From Lentisphaeria bacterium (GTDB taxonomy: Bacteria > Verrucomicrobiota > Lentisphaeria > JABSQK01 > JAWLHB01), in the NCBI GenBank assembly GCA_041690595.1, contig JAWLHB010000011.1, forward strand, positions 62,001 through 126,000: a stretch of DNA of 64,000 bases, in the 5' to 3' direction. Of the stretch, positions 19,322 to 29,254 are shown piece after piece (position 1 is the first letter of the stretch; each line of letters begins with the position of its first letter). Both the position numbers and the translations under genes were made by a program. Under the pieces are notes generated by a model, which saw only the letters and a program-made list of their open reading frames with translations, did not search any database and had not been told where the DNA came from.

Positions 19322-20401
19322 TCAGATCACTTCCAGTTCGTCAGGTGGGGGCAGTGCGGCGCCGAGGACCGTGGGCAGGCGCTGATACCAGAAGGCGACG
19401 GAGGCGATGTCATCCCGCAGTGGCAGGTAGCGTCCCCCGGATCTCCAGCCCAATGCCTGTATCGTCACTCGCAATTGTTTGCGGAAGCGGATTGGGTCCG
19501 TGATGTGCCATCGATAGAGACCAAAGCGCTGCTGCGACTGATACAGTCCGTCCGGCTGAATCACCTGATGCAGTCCTGCATACGGTGTGCAGAACTCCTG
19601 ATACCGCTTGTCCTCTTTGTTCTCGAAGTTGTACGAGCCGCAGAAGTAGTCTTCCGTGCCCGTGCCACAGATCGTCGGATACGTGTCGTCGTCATCGAGG
19701 AAGAACTTGATCTCGCCTTCGCCCCACCAGCCGTTGTTGTTGACGCCCCACGCCATGTAGGTGCCGACGTAGTGCCCTTCTCCCCGCACGCCATCCAGGA
19801 TGGTGTAGACTTCCTTGTACGGCAACGGATTGGTCCTCCGGAACTGCGCATGAAAGTAGCCGCAGTCGTCCGGCACCACAGTCAGCGTGTAGTTGATCTG
19901 GTAGTAGATCCGCATGTCGACCGTGTCGATGTTCTCCAGCGTCATGCGGCAATGCTTGCGGAACGGCATCTCCCAGTAACAGTTGAAAGCGCTTCCCGGG
20001 TTCACGCAAACCGCCAGAGACGAAAGCGGGGCAAACTGCTGCCAACCCATGCAGAAGAAATCTCCTGCCGGGCATTCGACTGACGGCACCTCCTGTTTGT
20101 CCCAGTAGATCCGCAGGATACTGAAGCGCCATTTCCCTGCCAGGGTCATCCAGATCTGCTGAATGGCCCCGGGGCCATCGATATCCGCCAGCGTAAAGGT
20201 TTCTCCCGCCGGGATGCTTACCGAAGGCGAGACTTTCCAGCCCTGCCCCAGATCGCGGGCACACGCCGCGCCGGTCCCTTCCGTCGCCATGCCTCCCTTG
20301 CCCGGCTCGCCGTTGAAGTTCTCCGGGCTGATCGACCGTGTTTTCGCATCCGACACGCGCGCCAGATTCCCCATGTGCATGCCAAGTCCGTTGAAGGCCA
20401 T
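19322..20401 (-). CDS. DUF2961 / glycoside hydrolase family 172 protein
   Basis: RSISPENFNGEPGKGG, GPGAIQQIWMT, FNCYWEMPF, WWGEGEIKFFLD, TICGTGTEDYF. Confidence 0.88.
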   Translation of the reverse strand: MAFNGLGMHMGNLARVSDAKTRSISPENFNGEPGKGGMATEGTGAACARDLGQGWKVSPSVSIPAGETFTLADIDGPGAIQQIWMTLAGKWRFSILRIYWDKQEVPSVECPAGDFFCMGWQQFAPLSSLAVCVNPGSAFNCYWEMPFRKHCRMTLENIDTVDMRIYYQINYTLTVVPDDCGYFHAQFRRTNPLPYKEVYTILDGVRGEGHYVGTYMAWGVNNNGWWGEGEIKFFLDDDDTYPTICGTGTEDYFCGSYNFENKEDKRYQEFCTPYAGLHQVIQPDGLYQSQQRFGLYRWHITDPIRFRKQLRVTIQALGWRSGGRYLPLRDDIASVAFWYQRLPTVLGAALPPPDELEVI

Positions 20402-20590
20402 TTTCTTCTCCTGCTGATGGTTCAAGCTCCCGGGACGACAACCTCAAAAAGATGGGCTATTCCTCCCGTTGGTGCAAGCGTTCACGGCGGGTGCCGGCAA
20501 AATTCCCTCCTGGCACTTCCCGCTTTTCAGCCGTGGGAGTATAGTCTCCCATTCCGTTCAGCTTCCTCATCCTCCACCGAAGAGCCGATC

Positions 20591-21037
20591 ATGATCCTGA
20601 CCAGCCTTATCGATGCCGACCGTTATGCCGATCTACACCCCCGTTTTGCCGGCGCGCTCGCCTTTCTGCGCGAGAACGACCTTGCGGTCCTGACTCCGGG
20701 GCGCCATGTTCTGGATGGCGAATGCCTCTATGCCAATGTCGACCCCGGCCAGGGGCGCGGCAGGGAAGGCGCCGTGCTGGAGGCCCATCGCAAGTATATC
20801 GACATTCAGTATCTGGTGCATGGCGGCGAGACCATGGGTTGGCGCGCTCTCGAAAGCTGTTCGAGAATCCGGCTTGCCTATGACGACGCACGTGATGTCG
20901 CGCTCTTCGACGATCAGTCCACAACCTGGCTGGATCTGGTTCCGGGGCAGCTCGCCATATTCTGGCCGGAAGATGCGCACGCACCACTGGCCGGCGCCGG
21001 TCCCCACCGCAAGGTGATCGTCAAGATCGCCGTCTGA
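20591..21037 (+). CDS. YhcH/YjgK/YiaL (DUF386) family protein
   Basis: LEAHRKYIDIQY..GGE, YDDARDVALF, FWPEDAHAP, KVIVKI. Confidence 0.9.
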   Translation: MILTSLIDADRYADLHPRFAGALAFLRENDLAVLTPGRHVLDGECLYANVDPGQGRGREGAVLEAHRKYIDIQYLVHGGETMGWRALESCSRIRLAYDDARDVALFDDQSTTWLDLVPGQLAIFWPEDAHAPLAGAGPHRKVIVKIAV

Positions 21038-21056
21038 CGCCGGATGCGATGGGCGA

Positions 21057-22475
21057 CTACAGCAGGGGACTGAGCAGGCATGCCATGTTCTGGGAGAGCA
21101 TCTGGCGCAGCGGCCGTTGCTGCCAATGCGCCAGAAAGATCTCGTCTGATTCGGCCAGATACTGCATCTGTTGCTCCCGGATCAGGCGGGTTGCATCCGC
21201 GCCATAGAAGCAGAGGCTCAACTCGAAGTTGATGGTAAAGGAGCGAATGTCAAAGTTGCCGGAACCGAAGAGGCAGAACGTTGCATCCACGGTCAGGGTC
21301 TTGGCGTGCAGGAGTCCATGGCGGAAAAGGTAGATATGCACGCCCGCTTCCAGGAGCTCCTCGAAGTACGCGCGGGCGGCTGCGTCCACCAGAAAGTGAT
21401 CCGAACGCTGCGGGATGATGATGTCGACGCGGACTCCACGCAGACGCGCGATCTCGAGTGCGTGAACGAGGCTGTCGTCAGGGATGAAGTAGGGGGTGGT
21501 GAGGGTGAGGGACTCTTTCGCCATGTAGATGGCGCTGATGACCATGCGCTGGTAGTTCTGGGTCGGATAGTTCGGGCCGCTGGGAAGTGCCTGGACTTCC
21601 ACCTTTCCGACGTTATTGGGCGGCTGAAAAAAGCGTGGCCCCTCCAGGAGTTCGTCGGTCTCGAACTGCCAGTCCGACGAGAATACGGCCTGCAATTCGA
21701 GCAGGATGGGTCCCTCCAGTCGCATCGTCAGGTCATACAGGTAGAGGCGGCGCTTGCCGTAGCCGGGATTGCTGATGTTTTGTGAGCCGACATAGCCGAC
21801 CTGCCCGTCGATCACCATCAGTTTGCGGTGATTGCGCAGGTCGAGGCGCTCCGCCCGCCTGCGGAAGAAGCCCACGGGAAGCGCCTCCACCACTTCCACG
21901 CCTGCCGCTCGCAGTCGAGGCGCAAGGTGCTTCAGCATGGGGCGCGATCCCACCGAATCGACCATCAGCCGGCATTCCACGCCCCTTGCCGCGGCCCGCA
22001 TCAGCGCCTCCGCTACAGCCTGGCCATTGTCGTCATCGGCATAGATGTAGTAGATCATGTGAATGTGCTGGGCCGCGATCTCGATGTCCGCCAGCATGCT
22101 GCCAACGACAGCCTCCGCGCCGGCAAGCAGCTTCACCTTGTTGCCACCCACAATGGGCATCTCCGCCAGCCGCTGCGCGATCTGTGACGTCTGGTCAATG
22201 GCAGTTGGCATGTCGGACGTTTCGTGCTGGCCCACGAAATGGCGCAGGGACTGCTTGAGACGTCGCATCAGGTGTGCGTGTTTGTGAATGCGCTGGCGCG
22301 GCAGCTTGTTTTCGCCGACCATCCAGTAAAGGATGAGCCCAAGCCAAGGCAGCGAGAAGACTACCAGCAGCCATGCCATGGCCGTACCTCGCCGCCGCCG
22401 TTTCAGGATGACGAAGAGCATGACGATCTGGATGATCCGCTCGCTGATATAGTAGATCTCAGTCCACGTGTTCAT
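21057..22475 (-). CDS. cls: Cardiolipin synthase (phospholipase D family)
   Basis: Two N-terminal TM helices and two HKD motifs (RNHRKLMVIDG, LLHAKTLTVDA). Confidence 0.93.
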   Translation of the reverse strand: MNTWTEIYYISERIIQIVMLFVILKRRRRGTAMAWLLVVFSLPWLGLILYWMVGENKLPRQRIHKHAHLMRRLKQSLRHFVGQHETSDMPTAIDQTSQIAQRLAEMPIVGGNKVKLLAGAEAVVGSMLADIEIAAQHIHMIYYIYADDDNGQAVAEALMRAAARGVECRLMVDSVGSRPMLKHLAPRLRAAGVEVVEALPVGFFRRRAERLDLRNHRKLMVIDGQVGYVGSQNISNPGYGKRRLYLYDLTMRLEGPILLELQAVFSSDWQFETDELLEGPRFFQPPNNVGKVEVQALPSGPNYPTQNYQRMVISAIYMAKESLTLTTPYFIPDDSLVHALEIARLRGVRVDIIIPQRSDHFLVDAAARAYFEELLEAGVHIYLFRHGLLHAKTLTVDATFCLFGSGNFDIRSFTINFELSLCFYGADATRLIREQQMQYLAESDEIFLAHWQQRPLRQMLSQNMACLLSPLL

Positions 22476-22588
22476 GGTATGAGCCGCGTCGTCCAGGCCC
22501 CGTTCTCCTGCTGAGTGTGCAGCGTCCCATTGCCGGTGACGAAGTCCCTTACTCTACATCCACCCAGCCGCCGTTGCCATGTACCCCC

Positions 22589-23557
22589 TCAGGCGTACTG
22601 GAGGCCCAGGCTGTCGTGCTGAGCTTGGGCGAAGACGACGTCGTTGGCGGGTAGACCGACTGAACTGGGAGAAAGGCGCAGACAGGGAGAATCGATCGGC
22701 AGAAGCTCGGGGATATTTGGACGCGGGCGACTGAGTCGCAGGTGGGTGATGCCGACAAGGTGGTCACTGGCCCGGGCAAGCATTGCCGCAAAGGTGCTCT
22801 CTCTGTTCAGCTCTGGAACCGTGACGATGCGAGCGGGCCGATCGTGGTGGGGGCAATCGGGGGCGATTGGATACTGAATCGGTAGCGCCGAGAAGCGCTC
22901 GAGATCCAGGTGGAGCCCACGACCAAGGTGGCGTTTGTCTCCATGCAGGAGCTGGACGGCTGCCTGCACCTGCAGGGCCGCGATGGCAGAGGCAGCCAGG
23001 GAAGTCGTCGGTACCGATGGGCCGTTTGGAGCGGCCCTGCCCGTGCAGCTTCGTGCCTCGTTGAGCTGCTGCCAGTCGGTCTCGCTCATCGAACAGGCAT
23101 AGCACGCATAGTGCGGAGGTCTGAAGATGCGGACAACTCCCTCGCTGAGCTCGATGCCGCCATCGATCCAGGGAATGTGGACACGCGCGCAGGCTTGGTT
23201 GAGCCAGACGCGGGCGTCGCGGTTGTCGAGCCCGGCAATAACCAGATCGTGATCATGGATCGTTCCCAGCCCCAGATCTTCCTGCAGAGAGCCATGGAGG
23301 CCGACCACTTCCAGCGGCGGTGTCAGCTCGCGGATGCGGCTGGTAGCCAAGATGGCCTTGGAAAGCCCCTCGTCTCCCGGGCGAAAAAGCACGGCGCGGG
23401 AGAGGTTGCCGGTCTCGATCAGATCGCGATCGACAATGGTGAGGTGGCCGATACCTACCAGGGCGCAATTCTTGATGATCTCGTTGCCGAGAGCGCCGGC
23501 CCCTGCCACGAGTACACGGGCGCGGCGCAGGCGCTCGACATTCCAGCTGGGCATCAT
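22589..23557 (-). CDS. ThiF/MoeB/E1-like adenylyltransferase
   Basis: GAGALGNEIIKN, VDRDLIETGNLSR, GLDNRDAR, CYAC and CPHH Zn ligands, putative thioester Cys in ARSCTG. Start overlaps the upstream stop. Confidence 0.88.
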   Translation of the reverse strand: MMPSWNVERLRRARVLVAGAGALGNEIIKNCALVGIGHLTIVDRDLIETGNLSRAVLFRPGDEGLSKAILATSRIRELTPPLEVVGLHGSLQEDLGLGTIHDHDLVIAGLDNRDARVWLNQACARVHIPWIDGGIELSEGVVRIFRPPHYACYACSMSETDWQQLNEARSCTGRAAPNGPSVPTTSLAASAIAALQVQAAVQLLHGDKRHLGRGLHLDLERFSALPIQYPIAPDCPHHDRPARIVTVPELNRESTFAAMLARASDHLVGITHLRLSRPRPNIPELLPIDSPCLRLSPSSVGLPANDVVFAQAQHDSLGLQYA

Positions 23558-24981
23558 CAGGCTGGACCGCTGCCGTCGTCGTGCTGGTGAATCTCCCAGC
23601 CAAGGTAGCGGGTCAGGGCTTCCCGCACCGCCGTGCCGACCGGCGCAAGCGTAGCGGCGACATGGTGCTCCAGCCCGTTGCGGCAGATGTGCGAAAGGAG
23701 CTGCTGGAAGCGCGGAATCCGGACGACGCCGTAGCCGCCGAAGGTGGAAAGGGCGTCCTCGGTGAAGACGCCTTCCCCGGTGTAGCCGGTGATGCGGCCC
23801 TCCAGATCATCCGTCGAGACTCGACAATAGGTGAAGGGGCCAGGCTTGATGCGGCCACAGATGGTGCCGTAGGTGTTCTCGCGGCCGATGCTGCCGGCGA
23901 TAATCTCCTGGTAGTCCATGTGTTGCTCGCAGAAGACATCCTTCGGCAGGTTCGAGCAATGAAAGACGACGCCCTTGTCGGGATCGTCGCCGTAATTGTT
24001 GTTCCAGTCGAGCAGAGCGGCCGGCCGCTGGGAGGCGGATTGCAGAATGAGCATGGAGATGGCGCCGGCGATGTCGGTCTCGCAGGCGCTGGCCTGGAGG
24101 GTGTTGGACATCATGCTCATGATGGCGCAGGGAACCACCCCGTAAAATTCTTCCATTGCCGTCCAACACTGGATGGCGCTGGCTGAGAGGTCGTTGTCGG
24201 TCATCCAGTTGTCGATCGCCGCTCCAAGCTTTGCCATCTTCATGAGGCTTTCCTCAGGGACGCCGGCCACGTTGGTGTAGGATCTGATCAGCTTGAGCTT
24301 CTCCTCGACGGACTGGTCGAGATCGTGCAGGCGGTTGGCCCAGCCAAGCAGCTCCGAGAGATCCAGCGTTTCGACCGATATGCCGGCGGCTTCAAAGAGC
24401 TTCTCACTGTAGCGGACAGTGTTGAAGGCGGCCGGGCGGGCGCCGATTGCGCCGATGCGCGCACCGCGAAGATTGCCCACGATGCGGCAGATCGCGCCAA
24501 AGTTGGCCAGATCTTCGGCAAATGCCGGGGTCTCTGGAGCCATGGTATGGCTGGAGGTCAGCGAATAGCGAATGCCGTATTGGCGAAGATTGTTGCAGGC
24601 GGACATCTTGCCGCAGAAGCTGTCGCGACGACTCATGAGCGACATGTCCGCCGGATCATCCTGAAAGGCGTGCACAAGGACGGGTACATCGAGCCCCGCA
24701 AAGCGGATGGTGTTGGCGATGGCGCGCTCGTCGCCGAAGTTGGGAAGGGTCACCAGAATGCCGTCGATCTGGTCGCGGTGCTTCTTGAAGTGATCCGCGC
24801 AGAGGCGGGCTTCGTGGAGCGATTCGATGGCACCACAGTTGGTCGCTTCCGCCGGGGGAATGATCGCGGCAAAGCCGGCCTTTTCCAGTGTGTCGAGGAT
24901 GAGCTGGCGACCGGTCACGCACAGGTGGTCCGGGAAAAAACCGCGATTGCCGACAATGACGCCCAAGGTGACCTTTTTCAT
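23557..24981 (-). CDS. L-fucose/L-arabinose isomerase family protein
   Basis: NFGDE, RRDSFCGKMS, AIQCW, ACETD, FHCSN, EHHVA. Confidence 0.85.
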   Translation of the reverse strand: MKKVTLGVIVGNRGFFPDHLCVTGRQLILDTLEKAGFAAIIPPAEATNCGAIESLHEARLCADHFKKHRDQIDGILVTLPNFGDERAIANTIRFAGLDVPVLVHAFQDDPADMSLMSRRDSFCGKMSACNNLRQYGIRYSLTSSHTMAPETPAFAEDLANFGAICRIVGNLRGARIGAIGARPAAFNTVRYSEKLFEAAGISVETLDLSELLGWANRLHDLDQSVEEKLKLIRSYTNVAGVPEESLMKMAKLGAAIDNWMTDNDLSASAIQCWTAMEEFYGVVPCAIMSMMSNTLQASACETDIAGAISMLILQSASQRPAALLDWNNNYGDDPDKGVVFHCSNLPKDVFCEQHMDYQEIIAGSIGRENTYGTICGRIKPGPFTYCRVSTDDLEGRITGYTGEGVFTEDALSTFGGYGVVRIPRFQQLLSHICRNGLEHHVAATLAPVGTAVREALTRYLGWEIHQHDDGSGPA

Positions 24982-25109
24982 CTCGCTCTCCTTTCGCTGT
25001 AGGAATGATGGTGACGACGATCATCGCAAAAGTACCAGCCCGAGCACCGTTGTCCAGCCGAAACGAAGGCCGTCGCGGCCGTCGCCACCGTGGCGTGTAC
25101 GCAACGTTG

Positions 25110-25601
25110 TCAGGTATGCAGATCGCGGACGACGGCAACCTCGATGCAGTGGTCCCGCTTTGGACACAGCTTGCAGTCGTTCCACACCTTCTGCGGAAAA
25201 TCGTCTTTGCTCGTGACGTGAAAGCCGTTTGCGACAAAAAGCCCGGAGCGCTTGGTGAGGGCAAAGATGCGATGTCCGTTCCGCTCGATTGCCAGACGGC
25301 AGGCAGCGTCGATAAGAATGCTGCCGATGCCTTGCCCCCAGTATTCCTGACGCACCGCGAGGGAGCGAAGCTCGAACAGCCCGTTGGCGTAGTCCTGAAG
25401 CGCCACGCAGCCGATGGGCTCCCCTTCCAGTTCGGCAAGAAGAAAACTGTCCACATGCCTGGCAACGTCGTCGGGAGTTCGCCACAGGAGAATCGCCTGT
25501 GAGGCGAAATGACCGATGATGTCGGAGACGGTTTGGCAGTCCGCCGCGGTAATCGGCCGGGTGGCGATCCGCTCGCGCAGAGGGCTTATCTGCTCACTCA
25601 C
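25110..25601 (-). CDS. GNAT acetyltransferase (short ArgA-like)
   Basis: ELRSLAV..YWGQGIG, IFALT, FPQKVWNDC..C...C.E, matching short N-acetylglutamate-synthase-type GNATs. Confidence 0.8.
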   Translation of the reverse strand: MSEQISPLRERIATRPITAADCQTVSDIIGHFASQAILLWRTPDDVARHVDSFLLAELEGEPIGCVALQDYANGLFELRSLAVRQEYWGQGIGSILIDAACRLAIERNGHRIFALTKRSGLFVANGFHVTSKDDFPQKVWNDCKLCPKRDHCIEVAVVRDLHT

Positions 25602-25701
25602 TTTGGGCTTTCACCTCGAATTCGGAGTTGGTGGATTTGATTTGTGCACAGTTGCCCCTATTATGTCTATACAATATCACACCAGGGGCCGCTGAAAACT
25701 C

Positions 25702-26088
25702 ATGCCGCAAGATCGAAAACGTATCTTGATCGTTGACGAAGACCAATTGCTCGGCGAATTTTATTCCTGCCTGCTTTCCCTGCAGGGATATATACCGATT
25801 CTGGCAACTGACGGCGAATGCGCCCGAAAGATCGTTCTGGGTGGGCAGAACAGCTTCGCCCTGGCCGTCATCGATCTATTGCCGCCGACCGATGCCTACT
25901 GGGATCTGGTCAGGCTCCTGCAACAGACTCCCTCCACGGCGAACATGCCAATCATGACGATCACCGGGATTACCCTCTCTTACGAGGAACTCGATCGCAT
26001 CAAGAAGTGCTGCCAAGCTGTACTTGTCAAAGGTAGTTTCGAGTTGACGAAATTCAAGGACACGGTCAGCAAGCTTTGTCGCTGCTGA
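25702..26088 (+). CDS. Single-domain response regulator (receiver)
   Basis: ILIVDED, AVIDLLPP (phosphoacceptor Asp), TITG, LVK. Confidence 0.82.
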   Translation: MPQDRKRILIVDEDQLLGEFYSCLLSLQGYIPILATDGECARKIVLGGQNSFALAVIDLLPPTDAYWDLVRLLQQTPSTANMPIMTITGITLSYEELDRIKKCCQAVLVKGSFELTKFKDTVSKLCRC

Positions 26089-26096
26089 GTCTCCCT

Positions 26097-26678
26097 TCAG
26101 ATGCAGCCCTGTTCCTGCCAGAGGCGCAGTTGAGCCAGGACATCCTCGACAGGCAGGCCGATGATGGTGGTGCGGTAACCACACGTCCTGGCGACGAGAA
26201 GCGCCTCCTGCTCCTGGATGGCGTAGCCGCCGGCCTTATCCAGCGGATTCGTCAGTTGCATGGCGGCGGCGATCGTCTCGTCGCTGAGTTGGTGAAAGGT
26301 GACGCTGGAGGTGGCGGCCCAGAGATGATGAAGGGCGGGATGCAGGCGCAACAGGCTGACGCCGGTGCAGACCCGGTGAGTCTGGCCGCTGAGGCGGCGC
26401 AGCATCGCCTCCGCTTCCGCCAGATCCGCGGGCTTGTTCAGGATCTCTCCATCGTGGTAGACGATCGTGTCGGCGCCGAGTACCAGGCGATCGGGAAAGT
26501 CGATCGCCACGGAACGTGCCTTGGCTTCGGCAAGTCGAGTAACCAAGGGTTCCGGCAATTCTCCCAAGAGAGGTGTTTCGTCCACTTCGCGCGGCCGATA
26601 GACCTCGCAGGAGATGCCGGCTTCGGCAAGCAGCTGCTGGCGCCGTGGTGAGGTTGACGCGAGAACGAGCGGCGTCAT
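26097..26678 (-). CDS. maf: Maf-family nucleoside triphosphate pyrophosphatase
   Basis: LASTSPRR, LGADTIV, ILNKP, THRVCTG, DKAGGYAIQ, IIGLP. Confidence 0.93.
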   Translation of the reverse strand: MTPLVLASTSPRRQQLLAEAGISCEVYRPREVDETPLLGELPEPLVTRLAEAKARSVAIDFPDRLVLGADTIVYHDGEILNKPADLAEAEAMLRRLSGQTHRVCTGVSLLRLHPALHHLWAATSSVTFHQLSDETIAAAMQLTNPLDKAGGYAIQEQEALLVARTCGYRTTIIGLPVEDVLAQLRLWQEQGCI

Positions 26679-28135
26679 CAGCGGCGTTTATCCCGTTTCT
26701 TCGAGGAGCTATGCCGGGGTTTCTTTGCCTTCAGCCCCTTCTTGATCTCGGCGTAGCGGGCGGCATTGGCCTCCGCGTTGTGCCGATTGCGCAGCTCGAT
26801 GACGATGGGCAGGCCGATCATGCCGAATGCTTCCCGCAGCTGGTTTCGCAGGAAGGAGCGATAGTGCTCATGGCAGTTTTCGGCGCGGTTGACGAAGAGG
26901 AGGAAGGTGGGGGGTGTGCCGCCCTTGTAGACGCCATAGTAGATCTTGAGCACTCCCGTGCCGGCGGCCGGAGCGGGCATGCGCACCTGGAGATCCTTCA
27001 GTACCTGATTGACCACGGAGGTGGGGATCTCGATCTTCTGTTGCTCCTGAAGATGGACGACCGTGGGCATGATTTCGCTGAAGCTGTAGCCGCTTATCGC
27101 GCAGCAGGTGATGATGGGCGCGAATTCCATGAACGGCAGGTCATAGGCAAGGCGCGCCAGCAACTCCTTGCGCTTGATATCCTGGCAGGCGATGTCCCAC
27201 TTGTTAGCGAGGATGAGGCACGGCTTGCCGGCATCGTATACCATGCGGCAGAGACGCTTGTCCTGCACCGAGACCGGCTCACTGGCATCGATACAGATGA
27301 TGATCACGTCCGCGCGGACAATGGCATCCTTGGTGCGCTCGGTGCTGAAATGCTCCACCATGTCCTTGACGTGGGTGCGGTGGCGCATGCCGGCGGTGTC
27401 GATGAGCACGGCGTGTCGCGGCATGCCGTCCAGATCGATGAGAATGGGAATATCCACCGCATCGCGAGTGGTCCCGGGAACATCGCTGACGATGACCCGT
27501 TCCTGCCCGAGGAAGCGATTGACGATGGAGGACTTGCCGACGTTGGGTTTGCCGACGATGGCAATGTGGATCACCGCCTCTTCACTGCCTGGATCACGCT
27601 CCGGGAACTCCTCGGTAATGCGATCGAGCAGGGCGTCGATATTGATCTTGTGCGTGCAGGAGGTGGGGATCACCTCGGGAAAGCCGAGCTGGGCGAACTC
27701 TGATGCCGAAGTTTGCCAGGCTGGATTGTCGGATTTGTTGGCCGCGACAGTGACGGGGCAGCCCAGTTGACGTACAATGTTGGCGACTTCCTGATCCAGA
27801 GGCGTGATGCCGCTGGTGGCATCGGTCACAAGGACGACATGGTCCGCATCCGCCAAAGCCGCAAGAAGCTGATCCCGAATCTGGGCATCGAACTGCTCGC
27901 CTCCCTTTTCGCCGCGATAGAGGCCGAGGCCGCCCGTATCGATGACCAGGAAGGGGCGGTTGCGCCAGGCGGCAACCGCGCTCACACGATCCCGGGTCAC
28001 GCCGCTCTCGGAAGCTTCGATGGAAAGACGGCGGCGCAGAATACGATTGAAGAGCGTTGACTTGCCAACGTTGGGACGACCTACAATGGCGACGGTCGGG
28101 AGATTGAGTTGTCGTTGTTCGACATGTCCAGGCAT
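26678..28135 (-). CDS. der: Ribosome biogenesis GTPase Der (EngA)
   Basis: Two GTPase domains (GRPNVGKST/DTGG/NKSD and GKPNVGKSS/DTAG/NKWD) plus a KH-like C-terminus (PPTFLLFVN). Confidence 0.95.
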   Translation of the reverse strand: MPGHVEQRQLNLPTVAIVGRPNVGKSTLFNRILRRRLSIEASESGVTRDRVSAVAAWRNRPFLVIDTGGLGLYRGEKGGEQFDAQIRDQLLAALADADHVVLVTDATSGITPLDQEVANIVRQLGCPVTVAANKSDNPAWQTSASEFAQLGFPEVIPTSCTHKINIDALLDRITEEFPERDPGSEEAVIHIAIVGKPNVGKSSIVNRFLGQERVIVSDVPGTTRDAVDIPILIDLDGMPRHAVLIDTAGMRHRTHVKDMVEHFSTERTKDAIVRADVIIICIDASEPVSVQDKRLCRMVYDAGKPCLILANKWDIACQDIKRKELLARLAYDLPFMEFAPIITCCAISGYSFSEIMPTVVHLQEQQKIEIPTSVVNQVLKDLQVRMPAPAAGTGVLKIYYGVYKGGTPPTFLLFVNRAENCHEHYRSFLRNQLREAFGMIGLPIVIELRNRHNAEANAARYAEIKKGLKAKKPRHSSSKKRDKRR

Positions 28136-28309
28136 GGGGACTCCGCGGCGGCTGATTCGGGGAATTTCGCCGGGATGGCGTTTCCAGATTGCAAAAGGGT
28201 ACTATACTCCGGTCTCATCTCTTTGCACTATCGTGTTGACGAGCATCATTCGTATAGTACAGTTCCCGTCTACTCCAGCCAAACGACTTTTTGGGAGCGA
28301 TATTCTTAG

Positions 28310-29221
28310 ATGGCCAGTTCACCCGCACTCCTGGTTCTCGCCGCCGGCATGGGCAGCCGATACGGTGGCCTCAAGCAGATGGACCCCATGGGCCCAAATG
28401 GCGAGCTGTTGATCGAGTATTCCATCTACGACGCACTGCGTGCGGGTTTTCGCCGGCTTGTTTTTGTGGTGCGGCCGGAGATCGAGTCGGACTTCCGGGA
28501 GATCGTTACGAGCCGCTTTGCCGGCCGCGCCGAGATAGCCTTCGTTCATCAGGTGTTGAGCGATGTGCCGGTCGGTTTCGAGGTGCCGGCTGAGCGCCGG
28601 AAACCATGGGGAACCGGTCATGCCATCCTGGCGGCACGTGAGGCGATTGATGGTCCATTCGGTGTCATCAATGGCGATGACTACTATGGTTTGGAAGCAT
28701 ACCGCAGGCTGGCAGCCTACTTCGAGGGTGCGCCCGTGGGCGAGTTGGATGAGTACGCCATGGTGGCCTATCGCCTGCGGAATACGCTTTCGGATCATGG
28801 CTCGGTGGCGCGCGGCATCTGCAAGGTCGGTGCGGATGGATCTTTGCGGGAAGTAGTGGAACGAACTTCGATTACCCGCCAGGATGACGGCGCGGAGTTT
28901 GAAGACGAGCAAGGCAGGCACAGGTTGACTGGTGAGGAGTTGGTGTCGCTGAACTTCTGGGGATTCCAGCCATCCATCTTCACGCATCTGCAGCGACAGT
29001 TTGAAGCGTTTCTCGAGGCTCGGGGTGGGGAACTGAAGTCGGAATTTTTCATTCCGACCGTGGTCGATCGGTTGATCCGGGAACGGCTGGCGCGCGTGAG
29101 TGTGCTGGAGTCCGGCGATAACTGGTTCGGCGTTACGTATGCGCAGGACAAGGCCGTGGTGACGGGGAGTCTGCGCGAGTTGATCGACCGCGGGGTGTAT
29201 CCGCCTGCCCTGTGGGGCTGA
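28310..29221 (+). CDS. Sugar-phosphate nucleotidyltransferase
   Basis: LAAGMGSRYGGLKQ, RRKPWGTGHA, VINGDDYYG, WFGVTY. Confidence 0.9.
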   Translation: MASSPALLVLAAGMGSRYGGLKQMDPMGPNGELLIEYSIYDALRAGFRRLVFVVRPEIESDFREIVTSRFAGRAEIAFVHQVLSDVPVGFEVPAERRKPWGTGHAILAAREAIDGPFGVINGDDYYGLEAYRRLAAYFEGAPVGELDEYAMVAYRLRNTLSDHGSVARGICKVGADGSLREVVERTSITRQDDGAEFEDEQGRHRLTGEELVSLNFWGFQPSIFTHLQRQFEAFLEARGGELKSEFFIPTVVDRLIRERLARVSVLESGDNWFGVTYAQDKAVVTGSLRELIDRGVYPPALWG

Positions 29222-29254
29222 GGCCGGATCGTCCGAACCACCAAGGCAAGCATC

